Assembly: GCA_965198115.1 (NCBI GenBank)
Contig: OZ240241.1
Span: forward strand, 7,040,001-7,104,000
Source of the DNA: Candidatus Latescibacterota bacterium
Lineage (GTDB): Bacteria > Latescibacterota > UBA2968
Length of the DNA: 64,000 nt
Direction: 5' to 3'
Position numbers and translations under genes: made by a program. Each line of letters begins with the position of its first letter. Within the stretch, counting starts at the first letter, position 1. Below, piece by piece: positions 48,363 through 59,232 of this stretch. Under the pieces are notes generated by a model. It worked only from the letters and a program-made list of their open reading frames with translations, made no database searches and was not told the DNA's origin.

Positions 48363-50459
48363 CTATTCGCTACTCTTTTTCCGTCCCTCCCAGGACACCA
48401 ATACGCTGTCGATCACCGCAGGTGTGTTAGGGCGCGTGTCTGCTGGCAGGGCGATGGTGATGGGCCGTATGGAGGTCGTGTCTATGAGCGCTGGTTCGAG
48501 ACCGGTGATGGGGTGGACGATTCGGTGGACGACGCCATCGGGAGGACGAAAAACACCCGATGGGCGGGGGTTTACGGTCTTCATGAACGTTGCCCAGATC
48601 GGCGCTGCGCCGTTGCCTCCGGTGATCTGCCGCCGTGTCTTCTGATCGATCAGGTGTCGGTTTCCTCGCCGGCTGTCGAACCCGACCCAGGCGGACGCCA
48701 CGTAGTCCGGCGTGAATCCGGTGAACCAGGCATCGGTGTTGTCGTTCGTGGTTCCGGTTTTTCCGGCCGCCGAGCCGCGATAGCCCAGGCGTCGGACGGT
48801 GTAGCCCGTTCCGCGATCGACGACGTTCTGCAGGAGACGCAGCACGGTGTAGGCGTGGGTGGGATCGACGACCGGTGTGGGCGACGGTCGATGTCGGTAG
48901 AGATCGGTGCCGGTATTCCGGTCGACGATTCGAGTGATGAAGGTGGGTGCTACGCGCAGACCATAGTTCGCGATCGTCCCGTATGCGGTGGTCATGTCAA
49001 CGACGGAAACTTCGTTCGAGCCCAGGGCGATGCTGGGAACGGCCACGAGAGGGCTCGCGATGCCGAGCCGTCTGGCCGTGTCGACGACCTGTCGAGGGCC
49101 AATCCGGTCGACGATCTGAACACTCGTCGAATTGGCGGATCGAATTAGTGCCCAGGAAGCCGTCGTCAACCCGAGGTAGCTCTCCTGAAAGTTGCGGGGC
49201 GTCCACGGGCGGTTGTTCACGCGATACGTGCGGGGCTCGTCGACAAACAGCGACAGCGGTGTAACCGCGCCGGACTCGAAAGCGGATAGATAGACGATCG
49301 GTTTGAAACTGGAACCGGGTTGACGTCGGGCATCGGTCGTTCGGTTGTAATAGCTGACAAAGATGTCGCGCCCCCCCACCATCGCTTTGACGTGGCCATT
49401 CGAAGGATCGGTGCAGAGGAGCGCGGCCTGGACGTAGTCCTTGCGACCGTCGGGAGATGCGTCGGCGTAGGCGGGGAAACCGAGTCGTCGGTCGAGGTCG
49501 GTGACACCGCGAGTGACCGCCTCTTCAGCCGCTCGTTGGAAGGCGAGATCGAGGGTCGTGTGGATGTCGAGCGCGCCGAAGCTGAGGACCGATCGCCCCC
49601 ATCGGCGTGCGACCTCGGATTTGATGGTTTCGACAAAATAAGGTGTTCGATTGCGACGACGGTCACGTGTCGAGAGCCGTAGTGAGTCCGCTTTCGCGCT
49701 GTCGGCGGCTTCTGGCGAGAGGTAGCCCTCGGTGACCATTCTGTTGAGGACGTGGTGGGCTCTTCGAGTGGCGGCAGCGATCGACGCCGCGTCCCCGACG
49801 CTTGGGGAGAGTGTGGTTGGCGCGTTGGGGAGACCGGCCAGGACGGCCGCTTCGAGGGGTGAGAGGTCGAGACCGGATTTCCCGAAGTAGACCCGAGCCG
49901 CATCTTCGATGCCGTAAGCGTTCGTTCCATAAAAGCTGCCATTGATGTAGACCTCGAGCAGCCGATCCTTGTATCGGTCACCGTAGGTGTTTTCGTACAT
50001 CGCTTCGAGCTGGAGCGCGAGCAGGACCTCCTTGAGTTTACGTGTGTAGGTTTTCTCACGCGTGAGGAAGAGGTTCTTGACGATCTGCTGGGTGAGGGTG
50101 CTCCCGCCCCGGGTCTTGCGCCAGGTGACGAGGTTGTTGGCCGCCGCGCCCGCGATGGCCTTGAGGCTTACGCCTCGGTGGTGGTAAAAATCCGCGTCTT
50201 CGGTCGCGATGACGGCGTGGAGAAAGACGGGGGCGACGTCTTCGAGTCTGACGCGGTCGATGGTCCTGTTGATCGTGTAGATCAACGTTCCGTCTTCGGC
50301 GTAGATGTTGACACCGACCTGCTTGTCTAAACTGTCCAGTTCGTCGGGTATGCGTGGCAGGCGCACGGTTGTGATGTAGTAGATGCCCAGAAGCCCGATG
50401 ACGACCAGGTCGAGGATCCACAGGCCGATGATCGTGGTGGCGCGGTAGCGCCGGTTCAT
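48363..50459 (-). CDS. Class A penicillin-binding protein (PBP1A family)
   Basis: TEDADFY.H.G, GGSTLTQQ, RKLKE, RQPGSSFKP, SAN, GKTGT. Confidence 0.93.
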   Translation of the reverse strand: MNRRYRATTIIGLWILDLVVIGLLGIYYITTVRLPRIPDELDSLDKQVGVNIYAEDGTLIYTINRTIDRVRLEDVAPVFLHAVIATEDADFYHHRGVSLKAIAGAAANNLVTWRKTRGGSTLTQQIVKNLFLTREKTYTRKLKEVLLALQLEAMYENTYGDRYKDRLLEVYINGSFYGTNAYGIEDAARVYFGKSGLDLSPLEAAVLAGLPNAPTTLSPSVGDAASIAAATRRAHHVLNRMVTEGYLSPEAADSAKADSLRLSTRDRRRNRTPYFVETIKSEVARRWGRSVLSFGALDIHTTLDLAFQRAAEEAVTRGVTDLDRRLGFPAYADASPDGRKDYVQAALLCTDPSNGHVKAMVGGRDIFVSYYNRTTDARRQPGSSFKPIVYLSAFESGAVTPLSLFVDEPRTYRVNNRPWTPRNFQESYLGLTTASWALIRSANSTSVQIVDRIGPRQVVDTARRLGIASPLVAVPSIALGSNEVSVVDMTTAYGTIANYGLRVAPTFITRIVDRNTGTDLYRHRPSPTPVVDPTHAYTVLRLLQNVVDRGTGYTVRRLGYRGSAAGKTGTTNDNTDAWFTGFTPDYVASAWVGFDSRRGNRHLIDQKTRRQITGGNGAAPIWATFMKTVNPRPSGVFRPPDGVVHRIVHPITGLEPALIDTTSIRPITIALPADTRPNTPAVIDSVLVSWEGRKKSSE

Positions 50460-51262
50460 CGGTCGACCTCGTCGGCGATGCCGAGGATCGTTTTGACCGC
50501 TTCGGTGTCGATCGTGAATGTGGCAGGCCGCGTGTCCAGGTCCTCGTAGAGCTCACCGCGATAGGCGCCCATCATCTGGTTGAGAAAGATCTGACTTACG
50601 TGACCACTCTGATACGACGAGCGGATGCGATCGGCTTCATCCACCCGACGCTGTTCACGGATGACGTCGGAAACCGTTCGCTCGATGTCGGCACGGACCG
50701 GGTCGATGTGTGTCGTGTCATCGGGAGATGTGGTAAGACCCCCCGCCAGTTCGATCGTCCGCTCTACCTCTTGGGCCACGTCCGTTTCAGATACGGTTAT
50801 CTCCAGATGAGCCTCGGTGAGCAGGCGCTGGCCGATCGCGAAGATCCGGTGGTCTTCGATCAGCGTTCGGGTGTCTCGGGTATCTGCAGGGGAGCGTCGA
50901 TACTCTAGGGCGAGGTAGGTGGGCAGACCGGAGGGCGGAATCCGTTCGAGCGTGTAGGTTCCGCGTGAGACGGCGCCTGGCAGGCTCGCGTCGGGCGATG
51001 TGGGCAGGTCCTCGAGTGCGATCGCATTGCGCGCCCGATCTTCGGATGTCAGGCGAGACCAGATCGACCCGGTCGATTGCCGGACCCCGTTGGTCGAAAC
51101 GAGATACGCGCCAACTTTCCCCGCGATCCAGTTCGTCTCGTATTCGAACACGGCGAGTGCGCATCCAGCGAAGAGCGATGCGGTTACCGCCCCCACCCAA
51201 AGGCGCCAACGTCCGGACTGTCGATCGCGTCTGTTGTGTCTGTCCTCGGCGGCTAACGACAC
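50456..51262 (-). CDS. Hypothetical membrane-anchored protein
   Basis: One N-terminal TM helix; 4-nt overlap with PBP1A. Confidence 0.6.
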   Translation of the reverse strand: MSLAAEDRHNRRDRQSGRWRLWVGAVTASLFAGCALAVFEYETNWIAGKVGAYLVSTNGVRQSTGSIWSRLTSEDRARNAIALEDLPTSPDASLPGAVSRGTYTLERIPPSGLPTYLALEYRRSPADTRDTRTLIEDHRIFAIGQRLLTEAHLEITVSETDVAQEVERTIELAGGLTTSPDDTTHIDPVRADIERTVSDVIREQRRVDEADRIRSSYQSGHVSQIFLNQMMGAYRGELYEDLDTRPATFTIDTEAVKTILGIADEVDR

Positions 51263-51411
51263 CCGAATCCCCCAAGTTCATCTGGTTATCTCATCGAGGT
51301 TACATTAGTAGATGACATCGCGCTGAACTTCTATAGATGTAGCTTCCGATGGTTTGGCAGGACCTCCTGGCGTTTGCTCACCCGGCAAGCGCCTTTGATA
51401 TGTGAGAACGA

Positions 51412-51951
51412 ATGACGATTCGAAAATTGGGCTGCCAGTACGTGCGATTCGCCGACGATCTGAGCGAACGCGTTGGACGCGGCGTGTCGTGGCTGACGAC
51501 GATTCTGGTCTTGATCGTGTGCTACGACGTGTTTTCGCGCTACTTGCTGAAGCAGAGTTACGTGGCGGTGCAGGAGATGGAGTGGCATCTGTTCGCGCTG
51601 ATCTTCCTGCTGGGGGCGGCCTACACGCTGAAGCACGACAATCACGTGCGCGTGGATGTGTTCTACAGCCGTTTCTCCCCACGAACCAAGGCGATCGTCA
51701 ATGTGGCGGGCAGCGTGCTGTTTCTCGTGCCCTTCTGTCTGATCGGAATCTGGGGGGCGCAGACGTTCGTCAAGACATCGTATCTGATCGGAGAGACTTC
51801 ACCGGATCCGGGCGGGTTGCCTTTTCGGTTCATTCTCAAGGCGACGATCCCGGTCGGGTTCATTCTAGTCCTGATTCAGGGAATCTCCCTGGCGTTCACG
51901 TCGTTCGCGACAGTGATGGGATGGATCGACGAGGAGGGCGTCGAGCAATGA
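51412..51951 (+). CDS. TRAP transporter small permease (DctQ)
   Basis: [23 protein letters not shown]. Confidence 0.9.
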   Translation: MTIRKLGCQYVRFADDLSERVGRGVSWLTTILVLIVCYDVFSRYLLKQSYVAVQEMEWHLFALIFLLGAAYTLKHDNHVRVDVFYSRFSPRTKAIVNVAGSVLFLVPFCLIGIWGAQTFVKTSYLIGETSPDPGGLPFRFILKATIPVGFILVLIQGISLAFTSFATVMGWIDEEGVEQ

Positions 51952-53267
51952 TCGAGTCGATGCCTCTCATGTTGTTCCTCGTGCTGTTCGTTCTGATGCT
52001 GTTCGGGTTTCCCGTGGCGTTCACGCTCGGTGGGGTCTCGGTGCTGATGGGTGTGATGACGTTCGGCTTCGACTTCTTCAATCTCCTGCCCCTTCGCGTG
52101 TGGGGCGTGATGACGAACTACGTGCTGATCGCCGTGCCATTATTCGTCTATATGGGCGTGATGCTGGAGAAATCGGGGCTGGCAGAAGAGCTGCTGGAGA
52201 CGATGGCGCTGCTGTTCGGACGTCTCCGCGGTGGACTCGCAATTTCGATCGTGGTGGTGGGGGCGATGCTGGGCGCGTCGACAGGGATCGTCGGAGCGAC
52301 CGTCGTGACGATGGGATTGCTTAGTCTTCCGACAATGCTGCGTCGCGGTTATGCGGCGACGGTGGCGACGGGAACGGTCGCTGCGTCGGGGACGCTCGGA
52401 CAGATCATTCCGCCGAGCATCGTGTTGGTACTGTTGGGCAGCATCCTGAACGTTTCGATCGGCGATATGTTCATGGGCGCCGTGATCCCAGGGTTCGTGC
52501 TCGTCGGGCTCTATCTGGCGTGGTTGATCGCACTGGCGATCTCGCGCCCCGATCTGACACCTGCGATGCCTGCGGAGGAGCTGATGGCGTTCAGGTCGGA
52601 AGGGATGATGCGCCGGGTGTTTCAAGCGTTCGTCCTGCCGTTCGTCCTGATTCTGGCCGTGCTGGGGTCGATCTTCGCCGGTGTGGCTTCGCCCACGGAG
52701 GCGGCGGCGGTCGGGGCTTTCGGCGCGACGGTCCTGACGATCGTGCAGGGCAAGTTTTCGATGCACACCCTCCGAGGCGTGATGTCGGAAACGACGCATC
52801 TGACCTGTATGGTTTTCTTCATTCTCGTGGGCGCAACGTCGTTCGGTCTGGTGTTCCGGGGGATGCAGGGCGATGTCTATCTGACGCAGCTGATCCTGAA
52901 CGCGAATATGGGGCCCAGCACGTTTCTGGCCCTTGTGATGGTGATCATCTTCGTGGCCGGGTTCTTCATCGATTTCATCGAGATCACGTTCATCATCGTC
53001 CCGGTCGTGGCGCCGATTTTCGAGACGCTCGGTGTCAACCTGCTTTGGATCGGGATTTTGATCGCGATGAATCTGCAGACGTCGTTTCTGACCCCGCCTT
53101 TCGGCTTTTCGTTGTTCTACCTCAAAGGTGTCGCCCCGGATGGTGTGGAGACGAGTCATATCTATCGTGGGATCGTTCCCTTTATCGTGATCCAGCTGAT
53201 CGGATTGGGACTGGTGATCGCCTTTCCCCAGATGGCGACGTGGTTTCCAGTTTGGATTTCGGGGTGA
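51948..53267 (+). CDS. TRAP transporter large permease (DctM)
   Basis: [36 protein letters not shown]; start re-called. Confidence 0.92.
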   Translation: MIESMPLMLFLVLFVLMLFGFPVAFTLGGVSVLMGVMTFGFDFFNLLPLRVWGVMTNYVLIAVPLFVYMGVMLEKSGLAEELLETMALLFGRLRGGLAISIVVVGAMLGASTGIVGATVVTMGLLSLPTMLRRGYAATVATGTVAASGTLGQIIPPSIVLVLLGSILNVSIGDMFMGAVIPGFVLVGLYLAWLIALAISRPDLTPAMPAEELMAFRSEGMMRRVFQAFVLPFVLILAVLGSIFAGVASPTEAAAVGAFGATVLTIVQGKFSMHTLRGVMSETTHLTCMVFFILVGATSFGLVFRGMQGDVYLTQLILNANMGPSTFLALVMVIIFVAGFFIDFIEITFIIVPVVAPIFETLGVNLLWIGILIAMNLQTSFLTPPFGFSLFYLKGVAPDGVETSHIYRGIVPFIVIQLIGLGLVIAFPQMATWFPVWISG

Positions 53268-53404
53268 CGGGGGATGGACAGTGGACGGTAGACGGTAGAC
53301 CGAGAGACGGCTTTCGCCCCATTACCGGTGGGAGCGGTCGGACCCTGTCCCGAGCGGAGCCGAGGGAGACCGCGAACTGAATTGCAGTCCAAGTAATACA
53401 CAAA

Positions 53405-53434
53405 CGGCCGATTCGCACGTTCGCGAGTCGGCCG
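53405..53434. terminator. Hairpin between convergent dctM and dctP
   Basis: cggccgattcgc / gcgagtcggccg. Confidence 0.6.
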
Positions 53435-53459
53435 CTTTGCTGTTGGTATGGAACGAGTG

Positions 53460-54578
53460 CTATGTAGAGAGTTTGGTGTAGTACATCTTCTCGGAAAGCT
53501 GGGCCCACTCGCCGACGTCTTTGCGGAAGGCGTCGAATGACGCGAAGACCTTTTTGCTCATCGGATCGGCGGAGACGATCTCGTCGATCACTTCGGCCGC
53601 ATAGCTGCGAAGGCGATCGAGGACTTCATCGGGGAACGCGCGTAGCTCCACGTTGTGCTGGTCGACGAGTTCCCTGAGTGCGGTGTTGTTCTGAGCTTCG
53701 AGTTCGGTGGCCATCCAGAGATTGAGTCGAGCGGCCGCGCTGCGGATGATGGTTTGCAGGTCGAGTGTGAGGGATTCGAACGCGCTTTTGTTGACGAGGA
53801 GCTCCAGGACCGTCCCGGGTTCGTGCCACCCCGGGTAGTAGTAGTATTTCGCAGCTTTGTGGAAGCCCATCAGCTTGTCGTGATAAGGGCCGATCCACTC
53901 CGTCGCATCGATCACGCCACGTTCGAGGTTTGTGTAGACCTCGCCGCCGGCGGAGAGCACGGCTGAGCCACCGGCTTTCGCGATGACCTTTCCACCGAGA
54001 CCTGGGATCCTCATTTTCAAGCCCTGAAAGTCGTCGATGTTGTTAATCTCGCGGTTGAACCAGCCTCCCATCTGGACGCCAGTGTTCCCGGCGGGCATGG
54101 GGACGAGGTTGAACGGCGCGTAGAGCTCGTCCCACAGTGCCTGGCCGCCGCCCGCGTAGATCCAGGCGTTCATCTGCTGCGCGTTCATTCCGAAAGGCAC
54201 TGCTGCGAAGAACTGGGTTGCCGGGGCTTTGCCCGCCCAGTAGTAGGCGGCACCGTGGCACATTTCGGCGATGCCTTGGCTGACAGCGTCGAACCCCTCG
54301 AAGGGGGGAATCAGTTCTCCCCCGCCATAAACTCGGATTCTGATACGACCCTCGGACATTTCCTCGATCCACGCCGCGAGATGATCGGCTCCAACCCCGA
54401 GAACTGGAAAGTGAGGAGGCCAGGTGGTCACCATCTTCCACTCGTAGGTTTTCGACGATCTGACGGATGGTGCACCGCCGTCGTTCGGAGCAGCGCAGGA
54501 CGCCAGTGCGGCCGAGCCGACCGCAGCGGCCGAGGCTTTACGCAGGAATGTGCGTCGATGGACCCTTTCCAATCTCAT
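53460..54578 (-). CDS. TRAP substrate-binding protein (TakP/DctP type), Tat-lipoprotein signal
   Basis: RRTFL...LASC; WKMVTTWP, GNTGVQMGGWF, KMRIPGLG, YPGWHEPG. Confidence 0.92.
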   Translation of the reverse strand: MRLERVHRRTFLRKASAAAVGSAALASCAAPNDGGAPSVRSSKTYEWKMVTTWPPHFPVLGVGADHLAAWIEEMSEGRIRIRVYGGGELIPPFEGFDAVSQGIAEMCHGAAYYWAGKAPATQFFAAVPFGMNAQQMNAWIYAGGGQALWDELYAPFNLVPMPAGNTGVQMGGWFNREINNIDDFQGLKMRIPGLGGKVIAKAGGSAVLSAGGEVYTNLERGVIDATEWIGPYHDKLMGFHKAAKYYYYPGWHEPGTVLELLVNKSAFESLTLDLQTIIRSAAARLNLWMATELEAQNNTALRELVDQHNVELRAFPDEVLDRLRSYAAEVIDEIVSADPMSKKVFASFDAFRKDVGEWAQLSEKMYYTKLST

Positions 54579-54722
54579 CCTCCTGTCGATTCTGTTGAGG
54601 GGACAATATACGAATGGCCGTCGGTCGAGACCTACCGGCACTTTTGGAAAGTCGGCTATCCATCGTCGACGATTCCCTATACTTAGCGTATAGGCTTCTC
54701 CCGGGAACCACAGCCGAGAACC

Positions 54723-55487
54723 GTGATGAATCTCCTGCTGTTGCGCTTTCCTTCCATCCTGACCACGCTCGAGTCCGCCCGAGCCGACCGAGACCAGTTC
54801 AGACGTCTCCTGAACGATCGTCGAAACAGCGTGACGGTTTCCACTCGGGCCAAGCGTCCCTCGTTCGATCTTCACCTCGGCCATCGAACAAGAATGCTCC
54901 AGTCGGGCGTGACCGTGTTCGTCGTGGGTGCACTCGTCGTGAGCACGCTCCCTGACCTCACGATCCGAAGCGTGAAGCGCCAGACGGAGCAGATCGTCAT
55001 TCAGATGGACGATATTCCCGAAACGCGCCAGGTCAGACGCCCGCCGCCTCCGCCCCGCCCAGCCGTTCCGATCGAGACCGAGAGCGAGGACGTACCAGAC
55101 GACGTCACGATTGAAAGTACGGACCTCGACTTCGACGATGTCGTGTTAGATCTTCCTCCTCCTCCGAGTGAGATCGCCGATCAGGCAATGGAAGACGAAC
55201 CGATCGAGGTCTGGGCGGTGGAAGAAAAGCCCAAGGCCATCACACGAGTAGTACCTAAATATCCGCTTTTCGCTCAGAAGGCCGGCATCGAAGGGACCGT
55301 GCTGATCCGGATCCTGCTTGGAAAGGACGGGAGGGTTAAGGAAGCAAGGGTGATGAATGGTAAGGAAATCTTGCGCGAATCCGCACTCGAGGCCGTTAAG
55401 CAGTATGTGTTCACACCAGCCCGGCAGAACGACCGTCCCGTGCAGGTTTGGATGGCAATACCAATCCGGTTCAGGTTGAGGGACTGA
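54723..55487 (+). CDS. tonB: Energy transducer TonB
   Basis: TM helix, Pro-rich linker, PKYP..A..AGIEGTV, FTPARQ..RPV.VW..IPIRF; start uncertain. Confidence 0.85.
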   Translation: MMNLLLLRFPSILTTLESARADRDQFRRLLNDRRNSVTVSTRAKRPSFDLHLGHRTRMLQSGVTVFVVGALVVSTLPDLTIRSVKRQTEQIVIQMDDIPETRQVRRPPPPPRPAVPIETESEDVPDDVTIESTDLDFDDVVLDLPPPPSEIADQAMEDEPIEVWAVEEKPKAITRVVPKYPLFAQKAGIEGTVLIRILLGKDGRVKEARVMNGKEILRESALEAVKQYVFTPARQNDRPVQVWMAIPIRFRLRD

Positions 55488-55586
55488 CCGAGCTACGTCA
55501 GGGTATCCAAGAAGTGCCCGCGTCTGAGCCAACGGGTAGAATGATGCGTTCGAGCGGCTTCTGGGTCCCGGAGCCGCTTGTTTCTT

Positions 55587-56540
55587 TCAGTCTGGGGACG
55601 GCTGACGAGCCGTTTTGCCCGGAACAGCGCCGATCATAGATCCTACGACAACCAGGAGTGCGCCGAACAGGGCGACGGTGTTGACGTTTTCGAGTGGGAG
55701 CCGATCGACGTAGGGAGCGACAGCAAGGGAGGCCGCCAGGGTAACCAACGGGATGTTGGCGATGACGATGCCGGCTGTCGATGCCCGTACGTGACGGAGC
55801 GATGATGCGAACGCGACGTAGGAGGTCGCCGTGATCGCGATGCAGACAATCAGGATGGCCACCATCTGCGGGCCGAGTCGCCAGATGCTGCTGTGATCGA
55901 CGGCTATGGCGAGGATGAAACCGCCGGTTGCGTAGCATCCGAGCATCGTGGTTCGCGATCCTACCAGTTCGGTCAGTTTCTTCTGAAGGAGCACGTATGC
56001 CGCCCAGGCCACGGCCGCCAGAGTGATGAGCCCGACGCCTGTCACGAAGGCGGATGACAAGGAACGAAACTCGCCGAGACGCTGGTTGAAGAACAGAGTG
56101 CACCCGACCAGGAGAATGAGGACGCCCAGCCACTGACGCCGTGTGAACGGCTCGTTGAACAGGAAAACCCCGCCAAAGACGACGAAGAACGGTGAGACCT
56201 GGAGGATGATCTGGGCAGTGCCCGGGGTCAGATACGCGAGGCCGCTCATGTACAGTGTGTAGTTCGCAGATAAGCCGAGCCCGGCTGCGACAATGAGCCA
56301 CCGTGTGGACGCGTGCGATATGGCAGCCTTGAACCGCGCGGCACCTTTGGAACCGCTGACCAGGGCGATGCTGAGACCGGCGAAGATGAAGCGATACCAA
56401 GTGAGGGTGATGGGGTCGACTTCGGTGATGAGGACCTTCAGCAACAGCGGAAGCGCCCCGAAACACAGCATCGCGTAAACGATCAAGGTCCAGCCGAGCG
56501 CGACGCTGCGCGATGTGGGTGCCTCCAAGGATTCTGTCAT
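55587..56540 (-). CDS. EamA/DMT transporter
   Basis: About 10 TM helices, TWYRF, LFNE, WAAYVLLQK. Confidence 0.88.
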   Translation of the reverse strand: MTESLEAPTSRSVALGWTLIVYAMLCFGALPLLLKVLITEVDPITLTWYRFIFAGLSIALVSGSKGAARFKAAISHASTRWLIVAAGLGLSANYTLYMSGLAYLTPGTAQIILQVSPFFVVFGGVFLFNEPFTRRQWLGVLILLVGCTLFFNQRLGEFRSLSSAFVTGVGLITLAAVAWAAYVLLQKKLTELVGSRTTMLGCYATGGFILAIAVDHSSIWRLGPQMVAILIVCIAITATSYVAFASSLRHVRASTAGIVIANIPLVTLAASLAVAPYVDRLPLENVNTVALFGALLVVVGSMIGAVPGKTARQPSPD

Positions 56541-56555
56541 CGGTCGAGGTAGCGG

Positions 56556-57632
56556 TTACATCCCGGAGGGCAAGTGGTAACCTTCCGTGTTCAGTCGAAT
56601 GCTGTAGAGGCTTTTGCCGGCGGTGATGTAAAGGAGGTTGGCGTCCTTTCCGCGGCCGAAGGCGACGTTCGTGGGGATTTCGAGCTCGGTGGGGAGATAC
56701 ACGACGTCGGGGTTCTGGATGGGCTTCAAATCTGTCGGGATGAATCCGAGCTCCTGCCCTTCTGGATCACGAACGGCGATGCCCGGACGCTTCATGCTGC
56801 GTTCGGCGACGTAGATGTTGCCGTGGATATCGGCGACAAGGCCGTCCGGACCATCTTCGGGCCAGTAGTCGACGAGAACTTTTCGGAAGGTGGCCGTTCC
56901 ATCAGTGTGGAGGTCGTAGGCGAGGAGTGCCATTCGTCCTTTGTGGTAGGTCGTCTCGGGTGGCAAGCGGTCGAATGCGACGGCGCCGTTGTCATTGCTG
57001 ACGACATAGAGCGTTCTCTGATCGGGTGAGATGGCGACGCCGTTGGGCTTGCCTGCGTCGGTGATGACGCGATGGATGGACGCGTCGGTGTCGATGCGGT
57101 AGACGCCCATCACGGGCTGGTCGACGGGCTCGTGGCCGAGGTATCGGGGGTCGCTGAAGTAGATGCGGCCCTTTTCGTCGATGGTGATGTCGTTGGGCGC
57201 GTTGAACGGTCGGCTTTCGTAAAGTCCGGCGATGATGTAGCTCTTTCCCGTTTCCATATCGGTTCGGATGACCGTGCGGCCGCCGTAGTCAGCGCCCCGG
57301 GCGACGAGCATATCCCCGTTCGCATCGAATTTGATGCCGTTGGACATTCCGCTGGGTGACCGGAAGATGGACGTTTTGCCTGTTTCAGGGTCATAGCGCC
57401 AGATGTGACCCGCCTCGACGGCATTCGGCAGGGCCGCGAAGGTGAACGTGATGTCGCTGAAATAGACACGTCCATCGGGGGCAACGGCCGCGCCCTCGGT
57501 CAGGGTCGTTCCACCCGCGAAGAGCGTGTCGAGCGATGGGTCATCCGGAACGATCTGTCCGGATGTGTGACCGAGCCCGCAGATGAGAAGGCCCGTTATT
57601 ATACCAAGCGTATGACGACGGGTTCTGCGCAT
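56556..57632 (-). CDS. SMP-30/gluconolactonase-family protein (secreted)
   Basis: TEG, FSDI, SNG, PNDI, PNGVAISPD, PDG, TNVAFG. Confidence 0.9.
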   Translation of the reverse strand: MRRTRRHTLGIITGLLICGLGHTSGQIVPDDPSLDTLFAGGTTLTEGAAVAPDGRVYFSDITFTFAALPNAVEAGHIWRYDPETGKTSIFRSPSGMSNGIKFDANGDMLVARGADYGGRTVIRTDMETGKSYIIAGLYESRPFNAPNDITIDEKGRIYFSDPRYLGHEPVDQPVMGVYRIDTDASIHRVITDAGKPNGVAISPDQRTLYVVSNDNGAVAFDRLPPETTYHKGRMALLAYDLHTDGTATFRKVLVDYWPEDGPDGLVADIHGNIYVAERSMKRPGIAVRDPEGQELGFIPTDLKPIQNPDVVYLPTELEIPTNVAFGRGKDANLLYITAGKSLYSIRLNTEGYHLPSGM

Positions 57633-57662
57633 TGCGTTCGTCCTCCGTGAACCGTTCTGATG

Positions 57663-59120
57663 CTACATACCGAATAGCTTTTGGTACAACCCCCACCCGT
57701 TGATTCCGGCGAATGCGGCCAGCACGGCAGCGGATACGACGGAACCGATCAGGAAGGGGAGGTTGACTCTGTAGGGACGGGGAAGCACGAAATTCAGATA
57801 GATCGCCGCGATGATGGCGAGGGCGATCGTGAAGTTGGCCAGGATGAATCCGGCGATCTGCGTGAGAATGTCAAACGGGATATCGGCCCAGACAATGATC
57901 ATCGTGGCGCAGAAGATGTAGGTGCAGACACGTGTCTTGATACGGTCGTAATCCCACACACGATCCGGCCAGATGGCCTCAAAGAATTCCTGGATGACTC
58001 GAGCGTAGACCTCGGGCAAGGCCTGGAGCGTGCCCCATAGTGCGGCCAGGATGCAGACGTAGTAGACCCAGACGAGGGAAGGATGGATGTTGCTCCAGAC
58101 GTGTGCCTGGTTTGTGAGGAGTCCCCAGCCTTCGAATTGCGCTTCGAGTGGGTAAAGGACCGCAGCGCCCGATACCATAAACGCGGCCGTGACGAAGAAC
58201 AGGACGAGAGCGCCGAGGCCTACGTCCCACCGCAACGGCGTGGCCAGGGCTTTGAGACGGTTCGCTTCGGCAGGATCTTCGGGGAGATAGTCGATCGTTG
58301 CGGAGGCGAAAGCACGGTTTCGGATCTCGGCGATCTTTTCGTGACCGGCCAGGCCCCATCTGTGAATGCCCACCCAGTTGGCGTAGACCAGGTAGGACAT
58401 CACGCTGCCACCCACGTAGCCGAACGTTGTGGACATCGTCAGATAGGGATGTCGGACTGCGTCCGGGGGTGCCCAATCCGGATAGGAGGGTAGATTGCCG
58501 ACTGCAAGGGTGCCGGTCACCGTCCTGAGGAAATCGGGTTGGACGAGAAGCGTTCCCATGAGCGTGCCGACAACGAGGATGCAGCAGATGGCGATCTGTT
58601 GCTTCTCCAGCCGTTCGAACGACAACCGGACGCTCATCAGGATTGCTGCGGCAACGAATAGCGAGGTGATAATGTTCTCCCAAACGGGTTCTGATATGGA
58701 TGTCGGGAGGATGTTCTGCAGGAGGAAGTGGAACAGGTCTCCGCAGGGTTTCGCGATCGGAACCCAACCGAGCGGAGCGCCGATCATTTCGGCACCGACG
58801 ATGAGGAGGAGGAGCCAGCCACGGGGCCCGGGCAGCTTGACCAGGCGGTGACCGATGTACTCGCCACTGATGGCCGTGTATCGTCCGAACAAGTAGGTGA
58901 CGAAGATGCCCTTGACGATGCAGCTTATCAGGACCAGCCACAAGAGGTCGTAGCCGGCCCAGGCGCCGGCTCGGACGACGACGATAGTTTCGCCCGCGCC
59001 GATGGAGAGGGATGCGACGATGGCCGCCGGTCCAAAGACCCCGAGCAGGCCGATGAACTTCCTCACCGACCAGGGCTGTGCGAAGACACCCGTTTGCTCC
59101 GGGATGTCGATTCTCTCCAA
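57663..59120 (-). CDS. Nramp-like (YcsG-type) transporter
   Basis: FGPAAIVASLSIGAGE, about 11 TM helices; TTG start after AGGAGG. Confidence 0.75.
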   Translation of the reverse strand: MERIDIPEQTGVFAQPWSVRKFIGLLGVFGPAAIVASLSIGAGETIVVVRAGAWAGYDLLWLVLISCIVKGIFVTYLFGRYTAISGEYIGHRLVKLPGPRGWLLLLIVGAEMIGAPLGWVPIAKPCGDLFHFLLQNILPTSISEPVWENIITSLFVAAAILMSVRLSFERLEKQQIAICCILVVGTLMGTLLVQPDFLRTVTGTLAVGNLPSYPDWAPPDAVRHPYLTMSTTFGYVGGSVMSYLVYANWVGIHRWGLAGHEKIAEIRNRAFASATIDYLPEDPAEANRLKALATPLRWDVGLGALVLFFVTAAFMVSGAAVLYPLEAQFEGWGLLTNQAHVWSNIHPSLVWVYYVCILAALWGTLQALPEVYARVIQEFFEAIWPDRVWDYDRIKTRVCTYIFCATMIIVWADIPFDILTQIAGFILANFTIALAIIAAIYLNFVLPRPYRVNLPFLIGSVVSAAVLAAFAGINGWGLYQKLFGM

Positions 59121-59175
59121 AGTGAGCCTCCTATGAATGGCCACTAAGGAACGACCTGAAAGGGTGTGTACCAAA

Positions 59176-59206
59176 TAGAAACGGACACCGAGAAACCCGG
59201 TGTCCG
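59176..59206 (-). terminator. Intrinsic terminator
   Basis: cggacaccg / cggtgtccg followed by tttct on the minus strand. Confidence 0.7.
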
Positions 59207-59232
59207 CTGCGTTGGTCGGCCGATCCGTAGTG

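Noticed and set aside
51402-53267. 621-aa fused DctQM
   Set aside because: The N-terminal extension is an off-frame read of dctQ; dctM starts at 51948
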